Shown here: positions 1 to 9,729 of the stretch, piece by piece | How the letters are laid out: the number at the start of each line of letters is the position of its first letter | Numbering within the stretch: position 1 is the first letter of the stretch | DNA from: a virus | Strand: one strand, 5' to 3' | DNA: 64,000 nt | Virus record (IMG/VR): IMGVR_UViG_3300008259_004660 | Coordinates: 32,001-96,000 of that record | The notes under the pieces: model-generated | What the model was told of the DNA's origin: nothing | Seen by the model: the letters and a program-made list of their open reading frames with translations, nothing else | The model's database searches: none | Made by a program: the position numbers and the translations under genes

Positions 1-195
1 TTTGATTTATTCTTATCGCGTGAAGATATTTCTAAAATAATGAAGTTTAAGAAAATCACCGACGATCAAAATCCAAATATGGTTGTATATCAGACAGAAG
101 GAACAGAAGAACATATTGTGTTTGGAATTAGTGAACAGGGTTGGAAAGGAGATTATGGCTTGACACATAACGATATGGTTGTTAGCATCCATTGA
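1..195 (+). CDS. 3' end of a hypothetical protein (partial, enters from left edge)
   Basis: Frame 1 open from base 1 to TGA 193-195. Confidence 0.6.
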   Translation, partial: FDLFLSREDISKIMKFKKITDDQNPNMVVYQTEGTEEHIVFGISEQGWKGDYGLTHNDMVVSIH

Positions 196-197
196 TT

Positions 198-923
198 ATG
201 AAAGTAAAATACTATATTAAAAACGTTGATGGAGTCATCGTACCAAAGCGAGCAAATGAAAGTGACGCTGGATATGATGTAATTGCAACCAGCGGACCAA
301 AGATAACGGGCGAAGTGTATTCTGGTCCATCATACAAGCGAATCGATTATATTGAATACGAAACAAATCTATACATCGCACCAGATTCAAAGTTTCATAC
401 GGATCTCAGAGCAAGAAGTAGTATCAGTAAATATAATCTTGTGCTTGCCAATTCTGTTGGATTAATTGATCGTGGATATAGAAATCAAGTCCTTGCCAGA
501 TTCAAGTATATTTGGAATCCAGAGGATTATTCCATATCAGATGGTGCGATTTTTGGAATACCTAATATTTCCAAGATATATCAAAAGGGAGACAAAATTT
601 GTCAATTGGTTCCTATGGAAACTCATGCGATTGACTTTACTTTAGTGAAAGACCTAGATGGCGAAGATCGCGGAGGCGGATTTGGAAGCACGGATAAACC
701 ATCACAGAGACCGATTAGTACTGAATTTCAACTGAAAGAAAGAACAACTGTTGGTAAATTCCTTGCAGGACAAAATCCAGCCAAGATTGAAATTGCAAAA
801 TCATATTATTCAAATTATCAAGGAGAATTGTATGTGTATGAAGAAAATGGAATGAGAGGGCTTTGTGTAATAGATGCATCTGGAGAAATACTCATAAAGA
901 CTCCAATTGAAAGAATTTCGTAA
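198..923 (+). CDS. dut: dUTPase with about 70-aa C-terminal extension
   Basis: Trimeric dUTPase motifs: SDAGYD, ARSS, GLIDRGYR, GDKICQLV, RGGGFGST; ATG at 198. Confidence 0.92.
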   Translation: MKVKYYIKNVDGVIVPKRANESDAGYDVIATSGPKITGEVYSGPSYKRIDYIEYETNLYIAPDSKFHTDLRARSSISKYNLVLANSVGLIDRGYRNQVLARFKYIWNPEDYSISDGAIFGIPNISKIYQKGDKICQLVPMETHAIDFTLVKDLDGEDRGGGFGSTDKPSQRPISTEFQLKERTTVGKFLAGQNPAKIEIAKSYYSNYQGELYVYEENGMRGLCVIDASGEILIKTPIERIS

Positions 924-927
924 AAAA

Positions 928-960
928 ACAAACCCACCAAATACGGTGGGTTTTTCTTTT
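928..960 (+). terminator. Intrinsic terminator (probably bidirectional)
   Basis: Stem aaacccacc/ggtgggttt, A-run before and T-run after, right after dut stop. Confidence 0.75.
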
Positions 961-997
961 GTGTCAAATATTTATATGTGGATATGCTAAAAAACAT

Positions 998-1153
998 ATG
1001 AGTAAAAAAAATGATAGATACAAGGAAGATTATTCCAACGTCGATATAGAAGAATTGGACGAAATTGAAACAGAAAAATTTGAAAAATTTCGTCCTAAAA
1101 AGAAGAAAAATAAAAAACCAATACACAAAGATACTCAACACGATGACGAATGA
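998..1153 (+). CDS. Small charged hypothetical protein
   Basis: ATG 998, MSKKNDRYKEDY... Confidence 0.6.
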   Translation: MSKKNDRYKEDYSNVDIEELDEIETEKFEKFRPKKKKNKKPIHKDTQHDDE

Positions 1154-1323
1154 GTGTCGATGACAAGTGTATAGATTATTTGGAAATGTTCCGAGATGGA
1201 AAATATCTTGAACTCTCTGAATGTTTGAAAAATGAAAACGCCGCTGTCGTAGCGGCGTTTTGTTATTACTTGTCAAAGTACGAGGGTGTCGTACATTTGG
1301 ATTTTGTTCGCAAGCTTCTTTAA
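1150..1323 (+). CDS. Hypothetical protein, 57 aa (not in ORF track)
   Basis: ATGA overlap with previous stop; MSVDDKCIDYLEMF...RKLL, TAA 1321-1323. Confidence 0.55.
   Translation: MSVDDKCIDYLEMFRDGKYLELSECLKNENAAVVAAFCYYLSKYEGVVHLDFVRKLL
1229..1261 (-). terminator. Intrinsic terminator for guaC
   Basis: 11-bp stem aaaacgccgct/agcggcgtttt with T-run on minus strand about 60 nt past guaC stop. Confidence 0.6.
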
Positions 1324-2318
1324 CGGCGTGGATAAACAACCCCCCAATCAGCCAAACGAATATCACCACCAGCATATGACATGCTGCTTTGTAGACTTTC
1401 TGTCATTTCGTTTAGCTTTTGGTGAACGAAAAACCCATTACATTCAAGAGAAACAAGTCTACCTTCAACGTGAACATTCTTTCCCTTGTTTATTGCAGAA
1501 GCGGAGCCAAAATATTGCTTATATTTTTTGTCTCCCTTTACAACTGTCTCAGCAGGTGAGTCTTCACAAGCAGCAAACACACTACCCACCATAACCATTG
1601 TACCACCAGCACGAATAGCCTTCGCAATATCTCCATTCATACGAATACCACCATCAGCGATAAGTGGTTTACGAGCGGCAGCAGAGCATTCAAGCATACA
1701 ACTAAACATTGGGAGACCGAACCCAGTTTGACCATATGTTGTGCATGCGTCGCCTTGAGCAATACCAACCTTTACAGCATCGGCACCCCAATTTTCAAGA
1801 TCAACAACAGCGGCAGGAGTAGCAACATTGCCGGCAATTATGAATGGCTTATCCAACGAGCAGTTCTTGCTACGATACATTGTAAGAATATATGAAAGCA
1901 TTTCTTTCATACGAATACTGTGAGCGTGGGCAATATCAATAGTGATATAATCAATACGAAGATTTTGTTTGATACAGTGGTCAATCAGATCCATATCTTC
2001 TTGTTTAACACCAAGACTGATACTGATAGTTTTCCACTTGTCTATATTTGCCTGTTCAATAAAGCGAATATTATCTGTATTTGGCGTGTCATAATGATTA
2101 GCATTAAAGCGATGCATTACGTAAAAGTAATCATTGTCGCTCATCCATAATGCCAACTTTTGATTTATGGTACATTTCATGTTTGCCGGAATTACAGGCA
2201 TTCTGAACTTTCTATTACCTAATTCGACCGAAACATCCGCTTCAGATCTCGAATGATATTTTGAGTATTGCGGTTTTAGGAATACATCTTGATACGATAG
2301 ATATTGTGCTTTTTGCAT
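1320..2318 (-). CDS. guaC: GMP reductase
   Basis: PVIPANM, ITIDIAHAHS, IAGNVATP, KVGIAQGDACTT (catalytic Cys loop), IADGGIR, YFGSAS. Confidence 0.9.
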   Translation of the reverse strand: MQKAQYLSYQDVFLKPQYSKYHSRSEADVSVELGNRKFRMPVIPANMKCTINQKLALWMSDNDYFYVMHRFNANHYDTPNTDNIRFIEQANIDKWKTISISLGVKQEDMDLIDHCIKQNLRIDYITIDIAHAHSIRMKEMLSYILTMYRSKNCSLDKPFIIAGNVATPAAVVDLENWGADAVKVGIAQGDACTTYGQTGFGLPMFSCMLECSAAARKPLIADGGIRMNGDIAKAIRAGGTMVMVGSVFAACEDSPAETVVKGDKKYKQYFGSASAINKGKNVHVEGRLVSLECNGFFVHQKLNEMTESLQSSMSYAGGDIRLADWGVVYPRR

Positions 2319-2403
2319 ATATGTTTTTAATTGAACCGTGATATACTCTACCAAATATTACTAAATCGTCAATTTAAATAAAGTCGTATATATTTATTAA
2401 TGT

Positions 2404-2829
2404 ATGAACGCCAAATTAGTCATGGTAAAAGGATGCCCCGAACTTGATGAGTTCGAGCTAAAACTTATTGCCAAGTATGTAAAATACTGCATAGAGCAGT
2501 TAGGTTTGGAAAAACAAGACATCAAGATCAGATTGCTTGGTAAAAATCCAAATGAACCTATTACAACTGGCTGCTATAACCCATCAGACAAAACAATATC
2601 AAGTATAGCTGGCGGCAGACATATGATTGATTATTGTCGTACAATTGCTCATGAACTTGCTCATATGAAACAAGACGTTGATGGTAGAATAAATGGAAAG
2701 CAGGAAGAGATTGGCGGCGAGATAGAAGATGAAGCCAACGTTTTGAGTGGTAGATATACCAAACACTTTATCAAGAACATACTGACGGCAGAAGAAAAAC
2801 AAAAACTTGGATTGGGTTCATACAAATAA
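2404..2829 (+). CDS. Hypothetical protein with HExxH zinc-peptidase-like motif
   Basis: RTIAHELAH followed by EDEAN. Confidence 0.6.
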   Translation: MNAKLVMVKGCPELDEFELKLIAKYVKYCIEQLGLEKQDIKIRLLGKNPNEPITTGCYNPSDKTISSIAGGRHMIDYCRTIAHELAHMKQDVDGRINGKQEEIGGEIEDEANVLSGRYTKHFIKNILTAEEKQKLGLGSYK

Positions 2830-2976
2830 TGTTTGATAAGTTTGTAAAAGTAGCAAAGAACACACTTACTGTTATATTGCTTGTATTATTATTGGTGATG
2901 TTCTTCGGTGCGGTAATGTGATATATAAAAAGATGTATTAGTTGATCTGGTTTATATTTATATAAAGACCATATAT

Positions 2977-3288
2977 ATGAACGAAAATTGGAGCACAATG
3001 AACATGGATGCATTTTATCCTCGCGGAAAAAGCAAGGATGAAGTAAGTATGAATGACATCAACAATCTTCTTAAAGGTCGTTCGTATACCCAAGAACCAC
3101 TGGCATATAATCAAATACAGGAACACGATCCAAACGATATAAGAGAACTTGAAGAATATTGCCAAAAGCGTGGTATACTTGGTGTAAATTTTGGCGGAAG
3201 AAACCCAAAAGCCGTGCTGCAAATGCTAAAAGCAAGAATGGGTGAACGCAGCGAGCCAACAATCAAAAGAGGAATACTAAATGGATAA
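2977..3288 (+). CDS. Hypothetical protein
   Basis: 103-aa ORF overlapping next start. Confidence 0.65.
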   Translation: MNENWSTMNMDAFYPRGKSKDEVSMNDINNLLKGRSYTQEPLAYNQIQEHDPNDIRELEEYCQKRGILGVNFGGRNPKAVLQMLKARMGERSEPTIKRGILNG

Positions 3289-4141
3289 ATCAATTGCAGA
3301 ATATTTTGTTGGACAATCTGGTGGATATGGCGGCGGAGCTATGACAGGCGGTGCGGTAGCTCCAACAAATTGGGCTGGAACATTTTCGAGTAATCAAACA
3401 TCTCGTCGTTTGAATGACTATCCAGCAAGTCGTCGCTACACATATATGCAAGGCAACACTGTGATTGGTAGTTCGCTATATGATACCATAACAAGCGACG
3501 ATCTTAAACATCCAAGATTTTCTCCACAAGAAATATTCACGGGACTTAGAAAAGAAATGAGCAGAATGGAATATCCAGACAAGGATGTGGCAAAACAAAC
3601 TGTGTTGAAAAATCTGGACTCAGACCCAAAATATTACAGCGATCTACACATGTATTTTAATTCAGATAAAGAAGGAAGCACTATTATGGAAAACATTGAT
3701 CAAAATGAACTAAAAATTGGTATTCAAGTTGAAAAAGAACATACTCAAGATGAAGCATTGGCAACCAAAATTGCTATGGATCATTTAAAAGAGGATCCAA
3801 AATATTACACTAAACTCAAAGCAGCTGGACTTGAAGAATATGGTAATATGGACATTGGAAATGTGTCACCAATTGCACCATCAATTGCCGTGGTAAAATT
3901 GGCAGCACCTGTTATTGGCGCGGTAATGGGTGGGAACGATGATCAAGAAAAATTGACCAGTTCTGGTTTGGGATCTTCCGGAGTTCCAAAGCCTCTTAAG
4001 AGTGATAAGTTAGAGGCACCCGAGGAAAGCAATAAAGTTGGTCCGAACAGTGTCGCCGTATCAAAGACACCTCCTATTGGTGGTCAAGCTATGTGCGATC
4101 CGTTGGATCACTATGGTGCGCAGATGAATGAAAAATGGTAA
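3281..4141 (+). CDS. DUF5661-like protein with two copies of the domain
   Basis: GIQVEKEHT..A.KIAMDHLKEDPKYYTKL plus a degenerate upstream copy (..KNLDSDPKYYSDL). Confidence 0.65.
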   Translation: MDKSIAEYFVGQSGGYGGGAMTGGAVAPTNWAGTFSSNQTSRRLNDYPASRRYTYMQGNTVIGSSLYDTITSDDLKHPRFSPQEIFTGLRKEMSRMEYPDKDVAKQTVLKNLDSDPKYYSDLHMYFNSDKEGSTIMENIDQNELKIGIQVEKEHTQDEALATKIAMDHLKEDPKYYTKLKAAGLEEYGNMDIGNVSPIAPSIAVVKLAAPVIGAVMGGNDDQEKLTSSGLGSSGVPKPLKSDKLEAPEESNKVGPNSVAVSKTPPIGGQAMCDPLDHYGAQMNEKW

Positions 4142-4494
4142 ACTTGGACCCAATTGATCATTATTGCTCCTTTATTCAAAAAATAACTGAAGGAGGAGCA
4201 AAATTGACCACACCGCGTGGACACGAGGGTCTGACTACAGACATGAAAGGTAGATGGACAATTGGCACGTTTGATACATCAAAGAAAAACAAGAAAGAAA
4301 CACCTCCAATGAAAGAAGCAGTTTACGCTAACAACGCAGGAATAATGGAAGTATTCAAATTTTTTGAAGTGGCATCGGATGATCAAAAAACTCAATTTGA
4401 TAATCTTGTAAGCAGCGGAAATCACAAATTGGCATTGCAGTTGGTTGAAAAAGTTTTAGGAATAAAATTTCAAGGAGATTTAACTTCTCAATAA
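4135..4494 (+). CDS. Hypothetical protein
   Basis: 119-aa ORF coupled to previous gene. Confidence 0.6.
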   Translation: MVNLDPIDHYCSFIQKITEGGAKLTTPRGHEGLTTDMKGRWTIGTFDTSKKNKKETPPMKEAVYANNAGIMEVFKFFEVASDDQKTQFDNLVSSGNHKLALQLVEKVLGIKFQGDLTSQ

Positions 4495-4520
4495 AGGTCA
4501 CATAAACAAATGAATAAAAA

Positions 4521-4781
4521 ATGATTAATCCTATTTTGCGCCACGAAGAATCATCAAAAACGGTTCATATTTGCGCGTGGTGCGATGATAGCGGTGTACT
4601 AACCAAAGAATATAAAGATCAGGGATACTATACAACACACGGAGCTTGCAAATTTCACTTTGAGCAAGTAATCGACGAAACAATTAAATTTTATGAAAAA
4701 AACGGTTTTAGTATTGGTAATGACGATATACACGCTGATGTTTCTTCCAGCGTGCAACACGATCCAAAATTTCCTATATAA
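4521..4781 (+). CDS. Small putative Zn-binding protein
   Basis: CAWC ... HGACKFH motif. Confidence 0.55.
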   Translation: MINPILRHEESSKTVHICAWCDDSGVLTKEYKDQGYYTTHGACKFHFEQVIDETIKFYEKNGFSIGNDDIHADVSSSVQHDPKFPI

Positions 4782-5763
4782 CAACGGCTATACAAAAAGA
4801 TCTGATGTTGAAAATCAAATCAAATCTTTGGAAGAAAAACATAAGAAGGAAGTTTCCGAAAAAGTAAAAGATGTTCAAACCAAGCTTGAGAAAACAATAG
4901 AATCTCAAGACAACCAACTTCAAGAAGGTGCCAATAAACTTTACGGTGCCAATGAAGCATTTAAATTTTACAAAAATCCAGAAAGACTGGACCTTATCAT
5001 AAACAACAGAGTAACAGAGGCACAAGCTGCAATAGGAAAACAACCAACATACAAAGCCGTACAAGAAGAGAATGAGCGACTCAAAAAAGAATTGGATGAA
5101 AAACTTACATCACTAGACGATCTTAGAAAGAAACATAATGAAGTAATAGCGGAAAATGTGAAATTATCTGAGGCAACATCAACTGCAAAGAAGGAAGTCG
5201 AAATAGCAAAAGCAGAATGGTTAAAGATTGAGCAAAAATACATATCGGACTCAACACTTCTACAAAGCAAGTTGAAGGAGGCAAATGATAGGATCATACA
5301 AATGGAAAAAGAGAAGGGAGATAATGCGGCGGCAATTGAAAGAATGAAAACCAAACTCATGATTGGATGTGGAATAGCAGCGGCAATATGTGTGATTGGA
5401 ACAATATATTCTCCTGTTGGCAAAGGTTCATTGGCAATAGCCGCTGCTGTATTTGGCGGAGCAGCCGCTGCCATACCATTCATAGAAGGTTGGATGATAT
5501 TGATTGGTGTACTTGCAGTTGCACTAATCATTACCGCTATATTCTTATACAAACATCATGTGGCGGATAAAACAAGTGACAATCTTATCAATCACATACA
5601 AGACATGAAAGAAAATCCAAACATATCTGATGATGTGAAGAAAATGTTAAAGGAAAGTCTTACACAATGGAACAGCAAATATATTGATGGTAAATCAACA
5701 ACCACGGATATATCGGTGGAAAACTATATAAAATCAAAGCTCAAGACTCATGGAAGGCTTTGA
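4693..5763 (+). CDS. Lipoprotein with long coiled coil and three C-terminal TM helices (envelope-spanning, u-spanin-like topology)
   Basis: MKK + hydrophobic + lipobox LPAC; about 200-aa E/K-rich helix; three hydrophobic segments. Confidence 0.6.
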   Translation: MKKTVLVLVMTIYTLMFLPACNTIQNFLYNNGYTKRSDVENQIKSLEEKHKKEVSEKVKDVQTKLEKTIESQDNQLQEGANKLYGANEAFKFYKNPERLDLIINNRVTEAQAAIGKQPTYKAVQEENERLKKELDEKLTSLDDLRKKHNEVIAENVKLSEATSTAKKEVEIAKAEWLKIEQKYISDSTLLQSKLKEANDRIIQMEKEKGDNAAAIERMKTKLMIGCGIAAAICVIGTIYSPVGKGSLAIAAAVFGGAAAAIPFIEGWMILIGVLAVALIITAIFLYKHHVADKTSDNLINHIQDMKENPNISDDVKKMLKESLTQWNSKYIDGKSTTTDISVENYIKSKLKTHGRL

Positions 5764-5791
5764 GTTATTATGAATTGACACAATCACACTT

Positions 5792-6349
5792 ATGTTGGAT
5801 ACTATATCCATCATGAGTAATATTTTAAACAAGACTACATGTACAGTTATTGGTCCCATGCAATATGCGGATGGAAGATCCATTCGTAGTTATTTGACCG
5901 AAGAACTTGGAAAACATGGCATCACTGTATATGATCACTATCACAAGCCGTTCGTTCAGTCGGTTGATGAGGATGAAAACATAAGAGCCCAATTCAAAGT
6001 GTGGTTGGAAAATGAACAGTATGATAAATTGTCTGACCAAAAAAACATTCGCACGTTTGACCTCAAGCTTATTGATATATCTGATTTTATTATAGTGATG
6101 TTTGATCCTACAGTGCTTACTGTTGGTACATGGGAAGAATTTTTCTGGGCAAATCGCTTAAAAAAGCCTATCTTTTTTGTAAATACAAAAGGAAAGAAAA
6201 CAACTCCATATTGGATTTTTTGGACTATTCCACACAAATACATTTATTCTTCAGTAGAAGATTTGCTAAAAACAATAAATGACATAAATAGCGGAAAACA
6301 TCCATTGGACAACGATAGATGGAAACTGCTGAAACCAGAGTTTCGTTGA
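5792..6349 (+). CDS. Nucleoside 2-deoxyribosyltransferase-like protein
   Basis: VIGPM, DLKLIDISDFIIV, GTWEEFFWANRLKKPIFF pattern. Confidence 0.7.
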   Translation: MLDTISIMSNILNKTTCTVIGPMQYADGRSIRSYLTEELGKHGITVYDHYHKPFVQSVDEDENIRAQFKVWLENEQYDKLSDQKNIRTFDLKLIDISDFIIVMFDPTVLTVGTWEEFFWANRLKKPIFFVNTKGKKTTPYWIFWTIPHKYIYSSVEDLLKTINDINSGKHPLDNDRWKLLKPEFR

Positions 6350-6362
6350 TATTTATATCATT

Positions 6363-6518
6363 ATGTATACTGGACAAATATATTACAAGGGAGAGCCAAT
6401 AACCGTTCAACAAGCCGTTGATTTGAAACTAGTCACCGTTGATGAAAATGGCGACATTTGGTTGTACAATGACACGGCACACTTGATAAGAATTACAGGC
6501 GATCTCAATTTAGGTTAA
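6363..6518 (+). CDS. Hypothetical protein, 51 aa (not in ORF track)
   Basis: ATG 6363 to TAA 6516-6518 fills the gap. Confidence 0.5.
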   Translation: MYTGQIYYKGEPITVQQAVDLKLVTVDENGDIWLYNDTAHLIRITGDLNLG

Positions 6519-6534
6519 AAAACAAAAAGGTTAT

Positions 6535-6852
6535 ATGTCAAAATATTATATTGTGGACTCTACTAAAAAGCAGGGTGGAAAAAATCCTGTTCTCATTTTT
6601 GAAAGTGTTGATGGCGTTGTTAAATATTTGGAGGGTATGTGCCTTCGAAGTTTTGGAAAGACACGTGCCCAATATATGAATGAAGCAGAAAGTATTGGAT
6701 ATGGGGCGGATGAGGCAAGTGGTCGTGCGTTCTATGATCAAATGGAACAATACTTCAATATCGGAGTAATTCGTAGAGATTCAACTCCAGTAAAAACAAA
6801 TATCTTTGAGGCCGCTGCATTCCTCAAAGGAAAAGATGTTCACGGCGATTGA
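6535..6852 (+). CDS. Hypothetical protein
   Basis: 105-aa ORF, stop overlaps helicase start. Confidence 0.65.
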   Translation: MSKYYIVDSTKKQGGKNPVLIFESVDGVVKYLEGMCLRSFGKTRAQYMNEAESIGYGADEASGRAFYDQMEQYFNIGVIRRDSTPVKTNIFEAAAFLKGKDVHGD

Positions 6853-8495
6853 TGGAAGGCGGATCAAAACTGTTTATCAATTGGTCTGAGCCTTCTAAGG
6901 TCAACACCAAATATGGTCCAAAGTGGATGCGTTGGTGGGTTATACCCACAGAATACCTTGAAGGATTCTTTGTGTTTTGGAACAGCAGCAAAGTCAAATT
7001 AAAAGCACAAGGATACAGTGTTGGAAAAAACAAACTTGGGCAATGGTCATTGTATGAATGGCAAACATACAAAGCGGATTTTCGCGAGGACTTTGGTCGA
7101 GATAATAAAGTTGCTCCACTAAAAATACAACAAGAAAGCACTCTTCAAGAATATACGGTTAAAAACAAAAATGGATTAAGAGAGTTTCAAGTTCCAAATG
7201 TCAGTAAACTATGCGCTGCAATATTGAAAAACAAAGCAGCACTTGATGGTTCCGACACTGGTGCCGGTAAGACATACACAGCAGTTGGAGTGGCAAGAGA
7301 ATTGGAAATGAACATTGCTGTTGTATGCCCAAAAGCAGTGATATCATCTTGGAACAAGGTTATTAAAGATCATTTCAAAATGAAGCCTATATTTGTATTG
7401 AATTATGAGTCTGTAAAGACTGGTAAATACAAGGAAATTGGTGTATGGAAAAAGATTAGTCGCACAAGTAATCGTGAATATTTTCAATGGAATATTCCAA
7501 AAAACACACTGCTTGTATTTGATGAAAGTCATAGATTAAAAGGACACGGTACACAAAACAGTGAAATTGCCATGCAAGCAAAGAAGCAAGGATACACCAT
7601 TCTTTGCTGTTCTGCCACAAATGCCATCAATCCAATTGAACTAAAAACTGTTGGGTTTATCACAGGATTGTACAAGAGTGGTAAATGGACAAATTTCTTG
7701 CGTGAACATGGTTGTGAACAAGGTAGATTTGGTTGGGAATTTAGCGGAGACAAAGATGTGTTGAAAAAATTACACGCGGATCTCTTTTTAGATAGAGGAG
7801 TAAGAGTTAGACGCGAAGATATTAAAGGATTTCCAGACAGTGAAGTTATTGCTGAAGCATATAACATAGATGAGCAGTCCGAAAAAGAACTAAAGAAAAT
7901 CTATGAAGAAATGGACAGAGAACTTACCAATCTTAAAGCTATATGCAAGAATACTAAGGAATATAAAATTAATGCCATGACAATCATGCTGCGTGCAAGA
8001 CAACAAGCTGAACTTATCAAGGTTCCATTGTTTGTTGAGATGGCAGAAGATGCAATTGAAAATGGTATGAGTGTTGTGTTGTTTGTGAATTTCAGCGAGA
8101 CTGTGCGAGCATTATCAAAGCGGTTGGAAACAAACTGTGTTGTGTGGGGAGAAAATAAAGGAAACGAAAGAGAAAAACACATTGCGGATTTTCAGGCAGA
8201 CAAAAAGCGTGTTATCATTGTTAACATCAAAGCGGGTGGCGCGGGATTAAGTTTGCACGACCTCAATGGAAATTATCCTCGCATAGCTTTAATATCTCCA
8301 ACACCTTCTGCTGTTGACTTACGCCAAGCACTTGGTAGAGTATGGAGAGATGGAGGCAAAACTAAATCACTTCAAAAAATTATTTTCGCGGCAAATACCG
8401 TGGAGGAAGAGGTGTGCGAAAAAGTAAAATTAAAATTAACCAGTTTGGACACTATAAATGACGGAGATGTGTCGATTGGAACCGAATTTGACTAA
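6852..8495 (+). CDS. SNF2/SF2-type helicase-like ATPase (paralog 1)
   Basis: GSDTGAGKT (motif I), LVFDESH (II), SATNA (III), GGAGLSL (V), QALGRVWR (VI). Confidence 0.9.
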   Translation: MEGGSKLFINWSEPSKVNTKYGPKWMRWWVIPTEYLEGFFVFWNSSKVKLKAQGYSVGKNKLGQWSLYEWQTYKADFREDFGRDNKVAPLKIQQESTLQEYTVKNKNGLREFQVPNVSKLCAAILKNKAALDGSDTGAGKTYTAVGVARELEMNIAVVCPKAVISSWNKVIKDHFKMKPIFVLNYESVKTGKYKEIGVWKKISRTSNREYFQWNIPKNTLLVFDESHRLKGHGTQNSEIAMQAKKQGYTILCCSATNAINPIELKTVGFITGLYKSGKWTNFLREHGCEQGRFGWEFSGDKDVLKKLHADLFLDRGVRVRREDIKGFPDSEVIAEAYNIDEQSEKELKKIYEEMDRELTNLKAICKNTKEYKINAMTIMLRARQQAELIKVPLFVEMAEDAIENGMSVVLFVNFSETVRALSKRLETNCVVWGENKGNEREKHIADFQADKKRVIIVNIKAGGAGLSLHDLNGNYPRIALISPTPSAVDLRQALGRVWRDGGKTKSLQKIIFAANTVEEEVCEKVKLKLTSLDTINDGDVSIGTEFD

Positions 8496-8504
8496 TATAT
8501 ATAC

Positions 8505-8849
8505 ATGAGCAGTTCAATGAATAAAACAAAGATGATGAGTTTTTATGTCGAAGGACCAGATTGGGGACATACCGTCTCAATCGATCCAGAATTATTTGAT
8601 AATGAGCGTGCTCAAATCATGGAAGCTGCGAGTTCTGGTGTTGAAAAACAAATTGACTCCGACGAATTTAATCTTGGCGCAATTGTTATTGTGAAAAAAA
8701 ACAAATCCTCCAAGAAAGAAGCACTTGTTAATGCTTATCTATGTCTTGTCAACATAGGAAAATACAAAATGGCAGAGGATCTTCGTGCCAATTTCAAAAA
8801 GAGTTCTGGCCAAGATCTGGCAGAAGATAAAACAGGATACTCATTCTGA
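8505..8849 (+). CDS. Hypothetical protein
   Basis: 114-aa ORF. Confidence 0.65.
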   Translation: MSSSMNKTKMMSFYVEGPDWGHTVSIDPELFDNERAQIMEAASSGVEKQIDSDEFNLGAIVIVKKNKSSKKEALVNAYLCLVNIGKYKMAEDLRANFKKSSGQDLAEDKTGYSF

Positions 8850-8850
8850 T

Positions 8851-9111
8851 ATGACACGCAATCAGGCACAATCATTAATGGAAGATATTGAAAAGTCATT
8901 GACCAAGTCTGATTATTGCGAGGACATATATCTTAGCATACGAGATATTGGAACGAAAGTTTTCAAGAAGTGTGCGTATCATGAGGTTGAAGGATACACC
9001 TTCATATGGACGGTAAAAGAAAGATATCTTATCAGCAGAAAAGAAATTGGCGATTATGTTGTGATACCGTATGATGCTGCTATACAAATAACACTAAAAA
9101 AGGTTACATGA
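8851..9111 (+). CDS. Hypothetical protein
   Basis: ATG 8851 (MTRNQAQ...) directly after previous stop. Confidence 0.6.
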   Translation: MTRNQAQSLMEDIEKSLTKSDYCEDIYLSIRDIGTKVFKKCAYHEVEGYTFIWTVKERYLISRKEIGDYVVIPYDAAIQITLKKVT

Positions 9112-9114
9112 TTT

Positions 9115-9729
9115 ATGTTGTACAATAACGGAAGACCAAAAAGAATGCTCCTTGAGAGCGAAATAATGGCGGCTCAGAGTATCAGCAAAACAGAAGCCGA
9201 GGCATCTCGCAAACTTGGTGTGTCTTTCATGACATACAGAAAATATGCAAAAATGTATGGACTATATGGCAGAGTAGCAAATGCCGCTGGAAAAGGAATT
9301 TCAAAAGCAATCAAGAATGAGGACAGTGGAAAATATCCATTGAACAAGATTTTGGAAGGAAAGTATCCAAACTATAGCACAAATAGATTGAAGGTAAGAA
9401 TGATTCGTGGGAAAAGAATAGAAGAAAAATGCAATAAATGCAATTTCTCAGAACGAAGAATATCAGACAATATCATGCCGCTGCTATTGAATTATATTGA
9501 TGGGAACATCAAGAACAAAAAGCGCGAGAATCTGGAACTACTTTGCTATAATTGTTATTTTCTATATGTAAATAACCCATTTGGATGCAGAAAAACATTC
9601 AAGGTTTCAAATTCTGATACACAAATTGAAACCAACATAGAAGAACTTTCCGCCGAAGAAATAGAAAACATAAAGATTGAAGTGCAGGAAGAAATCAAAA
9701 ATGAAATTCAACCGCCACAAATATCATGA
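9115..9729 (+). CDS. HTH plus degenerate HNH/Zn-finger protein
   Basis: EAEASRKLGVSFMTYRKYAK helix-turn-helix; CNKC ... NYIDGN..NKKRENLELLCYNCY. Confidence 0.65.
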   Translation: MLYNNGRPKRMLLESEIMAAQSISKTEAEASRKLGVSFMTYRKYAKMYGLYGRVANAAGKGISKAIKNEDSGKYPLNKILEGKYPNYSTNRLKVRMIRGKRIEEKCNKCNFSERRISDNIMPLLLNYIDGNIKNKKRENLELLCYNCYFLYVNNPFGCRKTFKVSNSDTQIETNIEELSAEEIENIKIEVQEEIKNEIQPPQIS

